Positions 10,367-19,281 of a DNA stretch of 64,000 nucleotides are shown one piece after another; the stretch's first letter is position 1; the number at the start of each line of letters is the position of its first letter. The notes under the pieces are model-generated. The model was not told where the DNA came from and searched no databases. It was given only the letters and a program-made list of their open reading frames with translations. The stretch covers positions 32,001-96,000 of the forward strand of contig JBMNIH010000009.1 of assembly GCA_050950825.1 (NCBI GenBank), read 5' to 3'. Position numbers and translations under genes: made by a program. This stretch comes from Clostridia bacterium (GTDB lineage: Bacteria; Bacillota; Clostridia; JAAYHZ01).

Positions 10367-10484
10367 GAACGGCGCATTTCATGCGCCGCCGTTGACAGTC
10401 CCGCCCGTCTTTGCTAAAGGGTAATCAAGGCGGGAAAGCCCTAAAATGGCTTCACACCTATTTCAATAATTGGAGGAGATAAAA

Positions 10485-11351
10485 ATGAGATCAGAAAAGG
10501 AAGTTTATGATATTGTTTTGAATTTTGCAAAAACAGACAAACGCATTCGCATGGTTACTTTGGAAGGATCTAGAACAAATACAAATATTCCGCCTGATGA
10601 TTTTCAGGATTTTGATATTACTTTTTTTGTTACGGATATGGACAGCTTCACAAGTGATGATAAATGGCTAGATATATTTGGTGAAAGGTTGATTCTGCAA
10701 AAGCCGGAAGATATGGAATTATTTCCAGCTGTAGAAAAGGGATTTTCATATTTAATGCTGTTTACTGATGATGTTAAGATAGATTTAACTTTGCTGCCGC
10801 TGGAACTGATAGACGAGTATTTTACATGGGATAAACTGGTAAAGTTACTGTTGGATAAAGACAACCGTATCGTAAAGCCGCCAATACCAACGGATATAGA
10901 CTACCACTTGCAGAAGCCTACTCAAAGAATGTTTGACGATTGCTGTAATGAATTTTGGAATACTACAACATATGTAGTAAAGGGCTTATGCCGCAAAGAA
11001 ATTCTTTTTGCTATTGACCATATGAATGATATAGTACGAAAAGAATTGCTTCGCATGATTTCCTGGCTGATTGGTATCAAACAGGGATTTCATTTCAGTT
11101 TGGGAAAAAACTATAAATTTATGAAGCAATATGTCCCAGAGGAATTGTGGGAACGACTTATGTCCACTTATAATATGGATTCCTATCCCCATATGTGGGA
11201 ATCCTTTGAACAATGTATGGCATTGTTCCGGGAGGTTTCGTCAGAAGTGGCATGCCAGTTGGATTACCAGTATCCACTATATGATGAAAAAATCAGTAAT
11301 TATGTGATTCGGCAAAAGAAAAAATATGGCATTGAAGATGATAACAAATAA
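10485..11351 (+). CDS. aadE: Aminoglycoside 6-adenylyltransferase ANT(6) (streptomycin resistance), 288 aa
   Basis: MRSEKEVYDIVLNFAK, LEGSRTN..PPDDFQDFDI, KIDLTL, DDCCNEFW; GGAGG RBS upstream of ATG 10485. Confidence 0.96.
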   Translation: MRSEKEVYDIVLNFAKTDKRIRMVTLEGSRTNTNIPPDDFQDFDITFFVTDMDSFTSDDKWLDIFGERLILQKPEDMELFPAVEKGFSYLMLFTDDVKIDLTLLPLELIDEYFTWDKLVKLLLDKDNRIVKPPIPTDIDYHLQKPTQRMFDDCCNEFWNTTTYVVKGLCRKEILFAIDHMNDIVRKELLRMISWLIGIKQGFHFSLGKNYKFMKQYVPEELWERLMSTYNMDSYPHMWESFEQCMALFREVSSEVACQLDYQYPLYDEKISNYVIRQKKKYGIEDDNK

Positions 11352-11764
11352 AATTTTTTCAATCGAAAAAATTTATTTTGATTATTCAATTTTGAAAAAC
11401 TGAATACCTCAAAATCAGAAAGAGCGCGGCCAAGCACTTTGAGGGATTGGCCGCCTTGTCCACCCATCCAGCGGGACGGCGGGCGGCGGTCAAGGCCGGG
11501 TGTAAACCCGTTCATTTCAGCCTTGACGGTTGCCCGCTGTCCTGCTACTTTTCCGGGAGTGTGGCCACAACTTCGGGACACTTTGTCCACAAGTCGGAGC
11601 GTAGGACGAGGAACGGGGGCTTTCATATACGCCCTGTCTGCTGATGAAACCAGACCTGCGCTTGCGGCTCCACGCCACGCAAGCACAGCCCTGTTTTCCT
11701 GCCGCTTCAAATGCCCTTGCCCTCCCCGGCGGCAACGGCATTTTCACGGCAACGCCGACAGAGC

Positions 11765-11801
11765 GTATAACACACTACACTTTGCTTCGCAAAGTCGTGT
11801 G
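11765..11801 (-). promoter_or_regulatory. pMV158-family (MOBV/RSA) origin of transfer; predicted nic between 11771 and 11770
   Basis: Minus strand CACACGACTTTGC-GAA-GCAAAGTGTAGTGTG^TTATAC matches the AAAGTxTAGTGTG/TTATAC nic motif with its adjacent inverted repeat. Confidence 0.85.
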
Positions 11802-11875
11802 CCAAATGGGGGCGTTGCCCCCTTTGGAAACCCCCACAAGAAAAGGCGGTACGCTACCCCTCCACGGGGCGCATA

Positions 11876-11992
11876 GCCGGTTTCCCATTTCGAGACGGCT
11901 TGAAAGGATACGCCCAATCTTTCGGCAAGCTGCTCCTGCGTTAAATCCGTCTTTTTTCGCAGTTCTTTTATTTTCTTTCCCAAACGATCCAT
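11876..11992 (-). pseudogene. 5' portion (39 codons) of the interrupted XRE regulator
   Basis: MDRLGKKIKELRKKTDLTQEQLAERLGVSFQAVSKWETG with AAGGAG RBS; the ORF-track continuation runs into element DNA. Confidence 0.9.
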
Positions 11993-12120
11993 AATTCTTT
12001 CTCCTTATCGTTGATTTTGCTTGCAAGCTACTTCCATTATAATCCTTGATAAAGTTTTATCCATATAACCGTATTTGAATTCTATTCAACCGCGGTTCGA
12101 ATAATGGTATTTGCCGATAT

Positions 12121-12152
12121 AAAAAACAGGCGGCCTTTGAAGACCGCCTGTT
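12121..12152 (-). terminator. Terminator of the permease-glycerate kinase operon
   Basis: AACAGGCGG/CCGCCTGTT stem with a T-run on the minus strand. Confidence 0.75.
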
Positions 12153-12172
12153 ATGCTTAAATTCTTTTAGCT

Positions 12173-13312
12173 TTATTTACCTATAGTATTTTTTATGAAT
12201 CTTATCAAATTGTCCATTGTCAAATAAAGGTCCTTTTGGGCTCGCAATTTTGCTTGCGGGAAATCAACGGCAACGCGGTTGATGCTGAATACGGCCGATA
12301 CCCCCGTTTCGTATACCGGGTCAATATCGTCACCGATATCGCCGACAATGGCGATTACGGGAACATGAGCGAGTTTTGCACGCTTGGCAACACCGATCAC
12401 AACTTTCCCTCGCAGCGTTTGCGAATCGATTTTTCCTTCTCCCGTGAACACAAAATCCGCATCTTTTACAAGGCTATCGAATTGAACGGTATCCAACACC
12501 GTTTCAATCCCCATTTGAAGCCTTGAGCCGAAGAATACATGCATACCGTAGCCCATGCCGCCTGCCGCTCCTGCTCCGGGCATGCTCTCGGATTCGATTC
12601 CTATATCCCTTTTTACGATTTCGGATACATGACGCAACCCTTTGTCCAATTCTTCGACCATGGAGGGGTCCGCTCCTTTTTGAGGTCCGAAAATATGGGC
12701 AGCGCCGTTCGTACCGAATAAGGGATTGTTGATATCACACATAGTCGTAATGGATACATCTTTAAGTAGGGGATTTAATGTTTTTGCATCGATAGCGGCA
12801 ATGTCTTTTAGTGTTCCGCCCGTGGGAACGAATGACTTTCGATTCCGGTCGAAAAATACAACACCACAGGCGGCTGCCGCACCGGTTCCGGCATCATTGG
12901 TAGCGCTTCCGCCGAGACCTACAATGACATGCTTCGCTCCCTTTTTTACGGCATCTAAAATCAATTGTCCTACGCCGTAGGTGGTTGTCAAGGAGGGATT
13001 TTTTTTGTCACCCACCAAGGGTAGACCTGCGCAAGCCGCCATTTCAATGACGGCGGTTTTTCCATCGTCCAGCATTCCGTAAAAGGCATCCATATCTTCG
13101 AAGTAAGGACCTTTGACCGTGGTATATACTTTCGTTCCTCCTGCCGCTTGTAAAAAAGCATCCACACTTCCTTCTCCGCCGTCCGCCACGGGGATTTTTT
13201 GAATTTCAGCGGAAGGATAATACTTTTTGACGGCTTCTTCCATGATGTCACATATTAAGGATGAACTCATCGTCCCTTTAAAAGAATCGGGAATAAGGAT
13301 TACTTTTCTCAT
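12173..13312 (-). CDS. garK: Glycerate kinase
   Basis: PDSFKGT, PVADGGEG, GLGGSATND, GAGAAGG, TGEGKIDSQT. Confidence 0.93.
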   Translation of the reverse strand: MRKVILIPDSFKGTMSSSLICDIMEEAVKKYYPSAEIQKIPVADGGEGSVDAFLQAAGGTKVYTTVKGPYFEDMDAFYGMLDDGKTAVIEMAACAGLPLVGDKKNPSLTTTYGVGQLILDAVKKGAKHVIVGLGGSATNDAGTGAAAACGVVFFDRNRKSFVPTGGTLKDIAAIDAKTLNPLLKDVSITTMCDINNPLFGTNGAAHIFGPQKGADPSMVEELDKGLRHVSEIVKRDIGIESESMPGAGAAGGMGYGMHVFFGSRLQMGIETVLDTVQFDSLVKDADFVFTGEGKIDSQTLRGKVVIGVAKRAKLAHVPVIAIVGDIGDDIDPVYETGVSAVFSINRVAVDFPQAKLRAQKDLYLTMDNLIRFIKNTIGK

Positions 13313-13382
13313 CGGCAGCCTCCTGTTATCCGTATATCTACGGTTTTTATTTCATTATACCTTATATCTCATTGCACCGAAA

Positions 13383-14750
13383 CTACCTTAAAATCAAATA
13401 GGCGATATAAACGCCGATGATGGATGCCAGACCGACCACGAGAGTTCCTAATGTTTGAGTCTTGTAGCCGTCCTGTGTTTTCATGGAACCGAAGTTGGTA
13501 ACAACCCAGAAATAGCTGTCGTTTGCATGGGATACGGTCATAGCACCCGCTCCGATGGCAATTACCGTTAAAGCGCCTAGCATTGGCGTATTGAATCCCA
13601 TGGTTGCCATTAAGGGAGCCATGATACCGGCTGTGGTGGTGATGGCGACCGTAGAGGATCCTTGGGCGGATTTTAATATGGCTGCCAATATAAAGGGGAA
13701 GAAGATACCGATGGTAGCCAGTACGGTTGAATTTTCGGTGATATAGGGGACGATGTTTGTTGAGGCAATGACCTTTCCTAAAACCCCGCCTGCCGCCGTT
13801 ACGAACAAGATGGGACCGGTAACCTTTAACGTTTCGTTCGTAAGGTCATAAAAATCGGCTCCTTTTTTGGTGCTAAACAAAAGCGCTATGGATAAAATCG
13901 CACCTACCGCCAAAGCGATAATGGGAGTACCTAAGAAGGCGATAAGAGAAACGGACAAACCGGCCATGGAAAACGCGGAAGAAATGGCCATTAAAAGAAT
14001 GGGAACAACGATGGGAGCGAAAGAGGCCCAAGCATTCGGCAATTTTCCATAAGATGCAACCAACTCCTCGTAGGTTTTTTCAACACTGCCTTCTACGACG
14101 ATGTCGGCTTCGTCATTGGCTTTGACTTTCTTGCCGATAAACAAGGAGAAGAAGTAAGCGGCAATCAGACTGGGGATCGACAGAATGATACCCAAGACGA
14201 TAACCAACAGTAAGTTTTCACCGTATCCCAATGTATTCGCCGCCGCAATGGGACCCGGCGTCGGAGGGATAAAGCAGTGGGATATATACAAGCCTAAAGA
14301 CAAACACATGGTCATGGCAACGGAAGAGACCTTTGTACGTTTTACAAGAGCTTTGCGTATGGGGTTTAAGATGACAAATCCGCTGTCACAGAAGACCGGG
14401 ATGGAAACAATCCAACCCATAATGAGCATAGCCAGCTGAGGATTCTTTTTGCCCACCAAACGTACGACGCAGTCGGACATTTTTAATGCGGCACCGGTTT
14501 TTTCAAGCAACGTACCGACCAAGGCACCGAATATGATGACAATTCCGATGCTTGAGAAGGTTCCGCTGAATCCGGCTCCGATTACTCCGGGTATATCTTT
14601 TAAAGGAATGCCGGCGATGATGGCAAAGAGAAGAGATATACCCATTATGGACAAGAAGGGATGGACTCTAAACTTGGAAATCGCTAGAATCATGACAATG
14701 ATCGCCACTACGAAAACGATGATAAGTGATAGACCTGACATAAACTCCAC
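13383..14750 (-). CDS. GntP-family sugar-acid permease
   Basis: SIPVFCDSGF, PPTPGP, AQGSSTVA, SHANDSYFWVV; multi-TM. Confidence 0.92.
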   Translation of the reverse strand: MEFMSGLSLIIVFVVAIIVMILAISKFRVHPFLSIMGISLLFAIIAGIPLKDIPGVIGAGFSGTFSSIGIVIIFGALVGTLLEKTGAALKMSDCVVRLVGKKNPQLAMLIMGWIVSIPVFCDSGFVILNPIRKALVKRTKVSSVAMTMCLSLGLYISHCFIPPTPGPIAAANTLGYGENLLLVIVLGIILSIPSLIAAYFFSLFIGKKVKANDEADIVVEGSVEKTYEELVASYGKLPNAWASFAPIVVPILLMAISSAFSMAGLSVSLIAFLGTPIIALAVGAILSIALLFSTKKGADFYDLTNETLKVTGPILFVTAAGGVLGKVIASTNIVPYITENSTVLATIGIFFPFILAAILKSAQGSSTVAITTTAGIMAPLMATMGFNTPMLGALTVIAIGAGAMTVSHANDSYFWVVTNFGSMKTQDGYKTQTLGTLVVGLASIIGVYIAYLILR

Positions 14751-14974
14751 CTCTCATTTCTTGAAAATCTATGGATTTACTTTAATATTAACATTAAATA
14801 GCTAAAATATTAATATCTAAAAAATATAATTATTTAAGTATGTTTAGAACTTTTTTAGCACCAAAAACATCTTTCAAGCCGTCTGTTCCCAAAAACAGAA
14901 TTATGGTACAATCTTCGTTATGAACGGATTAAACGAAAATCAATCACCTATCGTTTTTTTCAAGGAGTAAAAAT

Positions 14975-16147
14975 ATGGACTATAGAAAAGAATCGTTAAA
15001 GCTGCACCGGGAATGGAAGGGTAAAATCGAAGTTATTGCTTCCGTACCGGTTCGAAACAAAGAAGAATTGTCTCTCGCGTATACCCCCGGAGTCGCCGAG
15101 CCTTGTCTTGCCATAAAGGAAAACACCGATCTTTCCTATGAATTGACCAGAAGATGGAATTTGGTAGCCGTTGTAACCGACGGAACGGCGGTTTTAGGGT
15201 TAGGAGATATCGGTCCGGAAGCCGGTATGCCGGTGATGGAAGGAAAGTGCGTGTTATTTAAAAAGTTTGCGGATGTAGACGCTTTCCCTCTTTGCATTCG
15301 TTCGAAGGACGTCAACGAAATCGTTCAGACCGTAAAGCTGATATCCGGCAGCTTCGGTGGTATCAATTTGGAAGACATATCTGCACCTCGCTGCTTCGAA
15401 ATTGAAAGGCGGTTAAAAGAAGAATGTGACATACCGATTTTCCATGACGATCAGCACGGCACGGCGATTGTGACGTTGGCCGCATTGACTAACGCCATGA
15501 AATTGACGAACAAGAAGCCGGAAGAAATCGAAATCGTTATCAACGGAGCGGGGGCGGCAGGGATCGCCATCGCGAAGCTTTTGCTTGTGGCGGGATATGA
15601 GAACATTATCCTTTGTAACAGGCAAGGAGCCGTTTACGAAGGAAAAGAGAATCTGAACCCGGAAGTGGAAAAGATTGCGAAAATTACGAATCGAAAGCAT
15701 AAAAAGGGTTCCTTGAAGGACGTTATCGTAGGAGCCGACGTTTTCATCGGGGTATCCGCGGCAGGTCTTGTAACACCGGAAATGGTTCGATCCATGGCCA
15801 AAGATCCTATACTGTTTGCCATGGCAAATCCGGTACCGGAGATCATGCCGGATTTGGCACTGGAGGCCGGTGCCATGATTATGGGAACCGGGAGATCGGA
15901 TTTTCCGAATCAAATCAACAACGTTTTGGCTTTTCCGGGTGTTTTCCGAGGCGCTTTGGATGTTCGTGCAAAAGATATCAACGACGAGATGAAAATGGCC
16001 GCCGCCTATGCCATTGCATCCATTATTTCGGATCATGAGCTTCGACCGGATTACATCATTCCCGCACCCTTTGACGAAAGGGTTGTACAAAAGGTAGCCC
16101 GGGCGGTTGCGGAAGCGGCAATAAAAACGGGCGTGAACAGAATATAG
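14975..16147 (+). CDS. NAD(P)-dependent malic enzyme
   Basis: [57 protein letters not shown]. Confidence 0.96.
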   Translation: MDYRKESLKLHREWKGKIEVIASVPVRNKEELSLAYTPGVAEPCLAIKENTDLSYELTRRWNLVAVVTDGTAVLGLGDIGPEAGMPVMEGKCVLFKKFADVDAFPLCIRSKDVNEIVQTVKLISGSFGGINLEDISAPRCFEIERRLKEECDIPIFHDDQHGTAIVTLAALTNAMKLTNKKPEEIEIVINGAGAAGIAIAKLLLVAGYENIILCNRQGAVYEGKENLNPEVEKIAKITNRKHKKGSLKDVIVGADVFIGVSAAGLVTPEMVRSMAKDPILFAMANPVPEIMPDLALEAGAMIMGTGRSDFPNQINNVLAFPGVFRGALDVRAKDINDEMKMAAAYAIASIISDHELRPDYIIPAPFDERVVQKVARAVAEAAIKTGVNRI

Positions 16148-16160
16148 AAAGGGCGAAGGA

Positions 16161-17420
16161 ATGGATATCGATTTATTGTTAAAAAATGATAAAGTCTGCG
16201 GCTGCGGAAAACGGCATACGGTGGATATCGAAAAAACGATTATTGAATCCGGTGCCGTCGATAAATTGTATGAGCTGACCGAGGAATACGAACGTGTTCT
16301 ATTGGTTTCCGACAGCCATACCTACAAGGCCTGCGGGGAGCAGGTGAAAGATCTTCTCGGGGATAAAATAGAAACGAATCTCGTTTTTGAATGCGAAGGA
16401 TTCTTAGTACCGGACGAAAAGGCCGTGGAGGTTTTAAGATCAAAAATATCTTCCGACACGGATTTAGTCATCGGTGTCGGGTCCGGAGTAATAAACGATT
16501 TATGCAAGTACGTAAGCTTTCTTTCGGATCTTCCGTATTTTATCGTGGCGACCGCCCCTTCCATGGACGGATACGCTTCCACGGGTGCCGCCATGATTTT
16601 TAAAAATATGAAGGTGACCTTTCATGCAAGGGTGCCGAAAGCCATTATTGCCGACACGAAGGTATTAAAAAATGCGCCTTCGGATTTGATCAAGGCGGGC
16701 TACGGCGATATTATCGGCAAATATTCGGCTTTGAACGATTGGAAATTGGGACATGTTGTCCTGAACGAATACTTTTGCAGCGAGGTATACGATTTGGTCA
16801 TGGAGACGACGGAGAAAACCGTTAGCCTTGCGGCGGGATTAAAGGATCGAAAGGAAGATAGCATCGAAACCTTGATGGAAGCGTTGGTGATTACGGGAAT
16901 TGCCATGAGTTATGTGGGAAATTCCAGACCGGCTTCCGGAAGCGAACATCATTTTTCCCACTTTTTCGAAGTTGTCGGGCTGTTGAATAACGAACCGTAT
17001 CTTTTGCACGGCATTGACGTCGCTTTCTCCGCCGTTGAAACACAAAAAATTCGGGAGAAGCTACTAAACATATCAAAACCTTCAAAATTTCGAATATTCG
17101 ACAGAAACTTGTGGGAAGAGAATATTAAACGTGTTTACGGAAAAGGAGCCGCGGAAATCATTGCCCTGCAGGATAAAATCGGTCGGTACGAACAAAGCTT
17201 AAACGAGATTTATATATCCAAATGGGAAGAGATAAAAAGCGTTTTAGAAGAAGCTCCGAAAAGTGAGCAAATCAAAGGGCTTTTGGAGGATGCGGGTCTG
17301 AACTATGAAGATTTTCTTAATATATACGGTAAAGAAAAATTAGCGGATGCCTATCTATATGCAAAGGATTGCAAGGACCGATATACCGTCTTATGGCCCT
17401 ACTATTCCATACTCGGATAA
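16161..17420 (+). CDS. sn-glycerol-1-phosphate dehydrogenase (AraM/EgsA-like)
   Basis: CGCGKRH, GVGSGVINDLCKY, TAPSMDGYAS, SRPASGSEHHFSH, LHG. Confidence 0.85.
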   Translation: MDIDLLLKNDKVCGCGKRHTVDIEKTIIESGAVDKLYELTEEYERVLLVSDSHTYKACGEQVKDLLGDKIETNLVFECEGFLVPDEKAVEVLRSKISSDTDLVIGVGSGVINDLCKYVSFLSDLPYFIVATAPSMDGYASTGAAMIFKNMKVTFHARVPKAIIADTKVLKNAPSDLIKAGYGDIIGKYSALNDWKLGHVVLNEYFCSEVYDLVMETTEKTVSLAAGLKDRKEDSIETLMEALVITGIAMSYVGNSRPASGSEHHFSHFFEVVGLLNNEPYLLHGIDVAFSAVETQKIREKLLNISKPSKFRIFDRNLWEENIKRVYGKGAAEIIALQDKIGRYEQSLNEIYISKWEEIKSVLEEAPKSEQIKGLLEDAGLNYEDFLNIYGKEKLADAYLYAKDCKDRYTVLWPYYSILG

Positions 17421-17429
17421 AAGGATAGA

Positions 17430-17465
17430 CCCGTACTTTCCTTTCGGAGGGTACGGGCTTTTTTT
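17430..17465 (+). terminator. Intrinsic terminator
   Basis: CCCGTACTTTCC-TTTC-GGAGGGTACGGG followed by a T-run. Confidence 0.85.
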
Positions 17466-17489
17466 ACGGAAAATATTAAGGATCATACC

Positions 17490-17515
17490 GAACCTTTCTT
17501 GTTATTCACCTACTT
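17490..17515 (+). promoter_or_regulatory. Putative autoregulatory ECF promoter
   Basis: GAACC-N16-TACTT directly upstream of the ECF sigma gene; the AAC -35 core is typical of ECF promoters. Confidence 0.45.
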
Positions 17516-17552
17516 AGTAAGTAACAGAACACAATTTTTTGAGGTCGGAAGT

Positions 17553-19151
17553 ATGAAACGATTTTTTACGGAAGAATTGATCGAGACAACGTATTTATAC
17601 TGCTATAAACGGCTGAACGATTCGGAGGATGCCAAGGAATTGGCGCAAGATATTTTAACCGAAGCCTATGCTGCCGTTAAAACGGGCAGAAGGATTGATA
17701 GCTTCTACTCTTGGTATTGGCAATTGGCATACAACCGATACTGCCTTTATCTTAAGATGCGTTCAACGGGAGCCGTTTCTTTGGAAACGGCAGGCGGCGT
17801 CATTCCGGCGGAAACGGAGCCCTTTGACTCCATTGAAGATGACGAAGAAATTTCCGCTTTGAATTATGCCTTGTCTCGATTATCCAAAGCCTATCGTGAA
17901 ACCGTCGTTTTGTACTACCTCAAAGAACTGTCGATCAAGGAGATTGCAATTCGCTTAGGGTTACCGGAAGGTACCGTTAAGAGTCGATTGCATGATGCCA
18001 AATTACACGTTAAGGAAGGTGTCGAAAGGATGAACAGAATCGGACAATTGTCGTATGCTCCCGTCGATCTTCAATTGTTTGGCGGGTATTCCGCACCCCG
18101 ATATTGGGACTCCGTAAATGATTTGATGACGAAGCAAATTTTTTCGGTATGTGCTAAGGAACCGAAAAGCATAAGGGAAATCGCCGATGAAATCGGTGTA
18201 GCCCCGGTGTATTTCGAAGAAAAGATGGAGTATCTGTTGAAGAATAAGTTTATCAAGGAAAAGACCAAAGGCACATACGTAACGGATTTTGTGATACTCC
18301 CCAAGCAAGCATGGGTAGATTTTCAATATGAGTGTTCTTGTATCTATGAATCCTTTGGAAAGGAGATTACCGAAGCGATTCGTTCCGTTGAAAAAACGAT
18401 CAGAGAACTGCCTTTTTACGGAAATGATATGGAGCTTTCCTACCTTCTATGGATCCTGTACGTCTATGCATGCACGGCTGCCGGAAGCAACATGATGAAG
18501 ATCCATAAGGAAAGCCTAAAGGAAAAGGTACCCGATTATAACGGAAAAGATTACCGCATCGCGGGTATCGTAACGTTGCCGAACGAAAACATTGTATATA
18601 AAAAGATAAAGACCGTGAGCCGGAGCAATCTTCACAACGATTTCCAAACCTCTCGATACCGAAAAGTAACACATGCGAATTTATTCCAAATAGAGCCTTT
18701 CCCTTCGAGAGACCAAATCATTTCCGAAAGAAATATCAATACGGTCATGAAGCTTTTCAATAATCCCTATGCGGCTTTAACCGATGTGGAGCAAGAACAG
18801 GCGGCAAAGCTGATTGAAAAGGGTTATCTTCAAAAGAAAGGAACCGGGCTATTTCTCACCATGCCGGTGATAGAATATAAAATAAAAAAGGAAATGGAGA
18901 GCATTTTCGAAAGAGTAACCGTCGATATGTCAAAAAAGTATGTACAATCGGTGACAAAGCTCGGAGATCGAATTTTGCTGCCTCATATAAGAGAGGATTT
19001 GTTCGAAGAATACGTTAATTTTATCCTGAGCATTTCCTTCTCTTCTATAAACCGTGTTTTCTACTACGGCATGTACGAAGGAAAAACTCCGGCCATACCC
19101 GAAGATTACAATCGTTCGGCGGCAGGAATTTGCTTGTACTATACGGAGTAA
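17553..19151 (+). CDS. ECF-type sigma-70 factor with long C-terminal extension
   Basis: Region 2 (DAKELAQDIL..FYSWYWQLAYN) and region 4 (SIKEIAIRLGLPEGTVKSRLH), then about 370 aa including a second HTH. ATG 17553 has a GAGG RBS. Confidence 0.85.
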   Translation: MKRFFTEELIETTYLYCYKRLNDSEDAKELAQDILTEAYAAVKTGRRIDSFYSWYWQLAYNRYCLYLKMRSTGAVSLETAGGVIPAETEPFDSIEDDEEISALNYALSRLSKAYRETVVLYYLKELSIKEIAIRLGLPEGTVKSRLHDAKLHVKEGVERMNRIGQLSYAPVDLQLFGGYSAPRYWDSVNDLMTKQIFSVCAKEPKSIREIADEIGVAPVYFEEKMEYLLKNKFIKEKTKGTYVTDFVILPKQAWVDFQYECSCIYESFGKEITEAIRSVEKTIRELPFYGNDMELSYLLWILYVYACTAAGSNMMKIHKESLKEKVPDYNGKDYRIAGIVTLPNENIVYKKIKTVSRSNLHNDFQTSRYRKVTHANLFQIEPFPSRDQIISERNINTVMKLFNNPYAALTDVEQEQAAKLIEKGYLQKKGTGLFLTMPVIEYKIKKEMESIFERVTVDMSKKYVQSVTKLGDRILLPHIREDLFEEYVNFILSISFSSINRVFYYGMYEGKTPAIPEDYNRSAAGICLYYTE

Positions 19152-19281
19152 AAAATTATCGAAAATGTTTTTAATAAATACCGTTGCGATTAAAGTCGTA
19201 ACGGTATTTCTATGGCTAAAAATTCAATTGTTTTATGATATAATCCAATTAAAGTGTGGAAAAGGAGCCAAATAGATTAAA

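Larger units (their letters stand above)
10367..11875. mobile_element. 1509-bp non-autonomous mobilizable resistance element (aadE + MOBV oriT); junctions uncertain by about 5 bp
   Basis: Interrupts the XRE gene and its removal restores WETG-xxx-PD in frame. AT-rich cargo gene with GC-rich hairpin flanks; no transposase, integrase or relaxase ORF. Confidence 0.88.

Noticed and set aside
11300-12026. Several overlapping ORFs (65-145 aa) in the GC-rich flank of the aadE element
   Set aside because: No recognisable domains and mutually overlapping; they arise from GC-rich hairpin DNA. Only the first 39 codons of 11744..11992 are real (XRE N-terminus).
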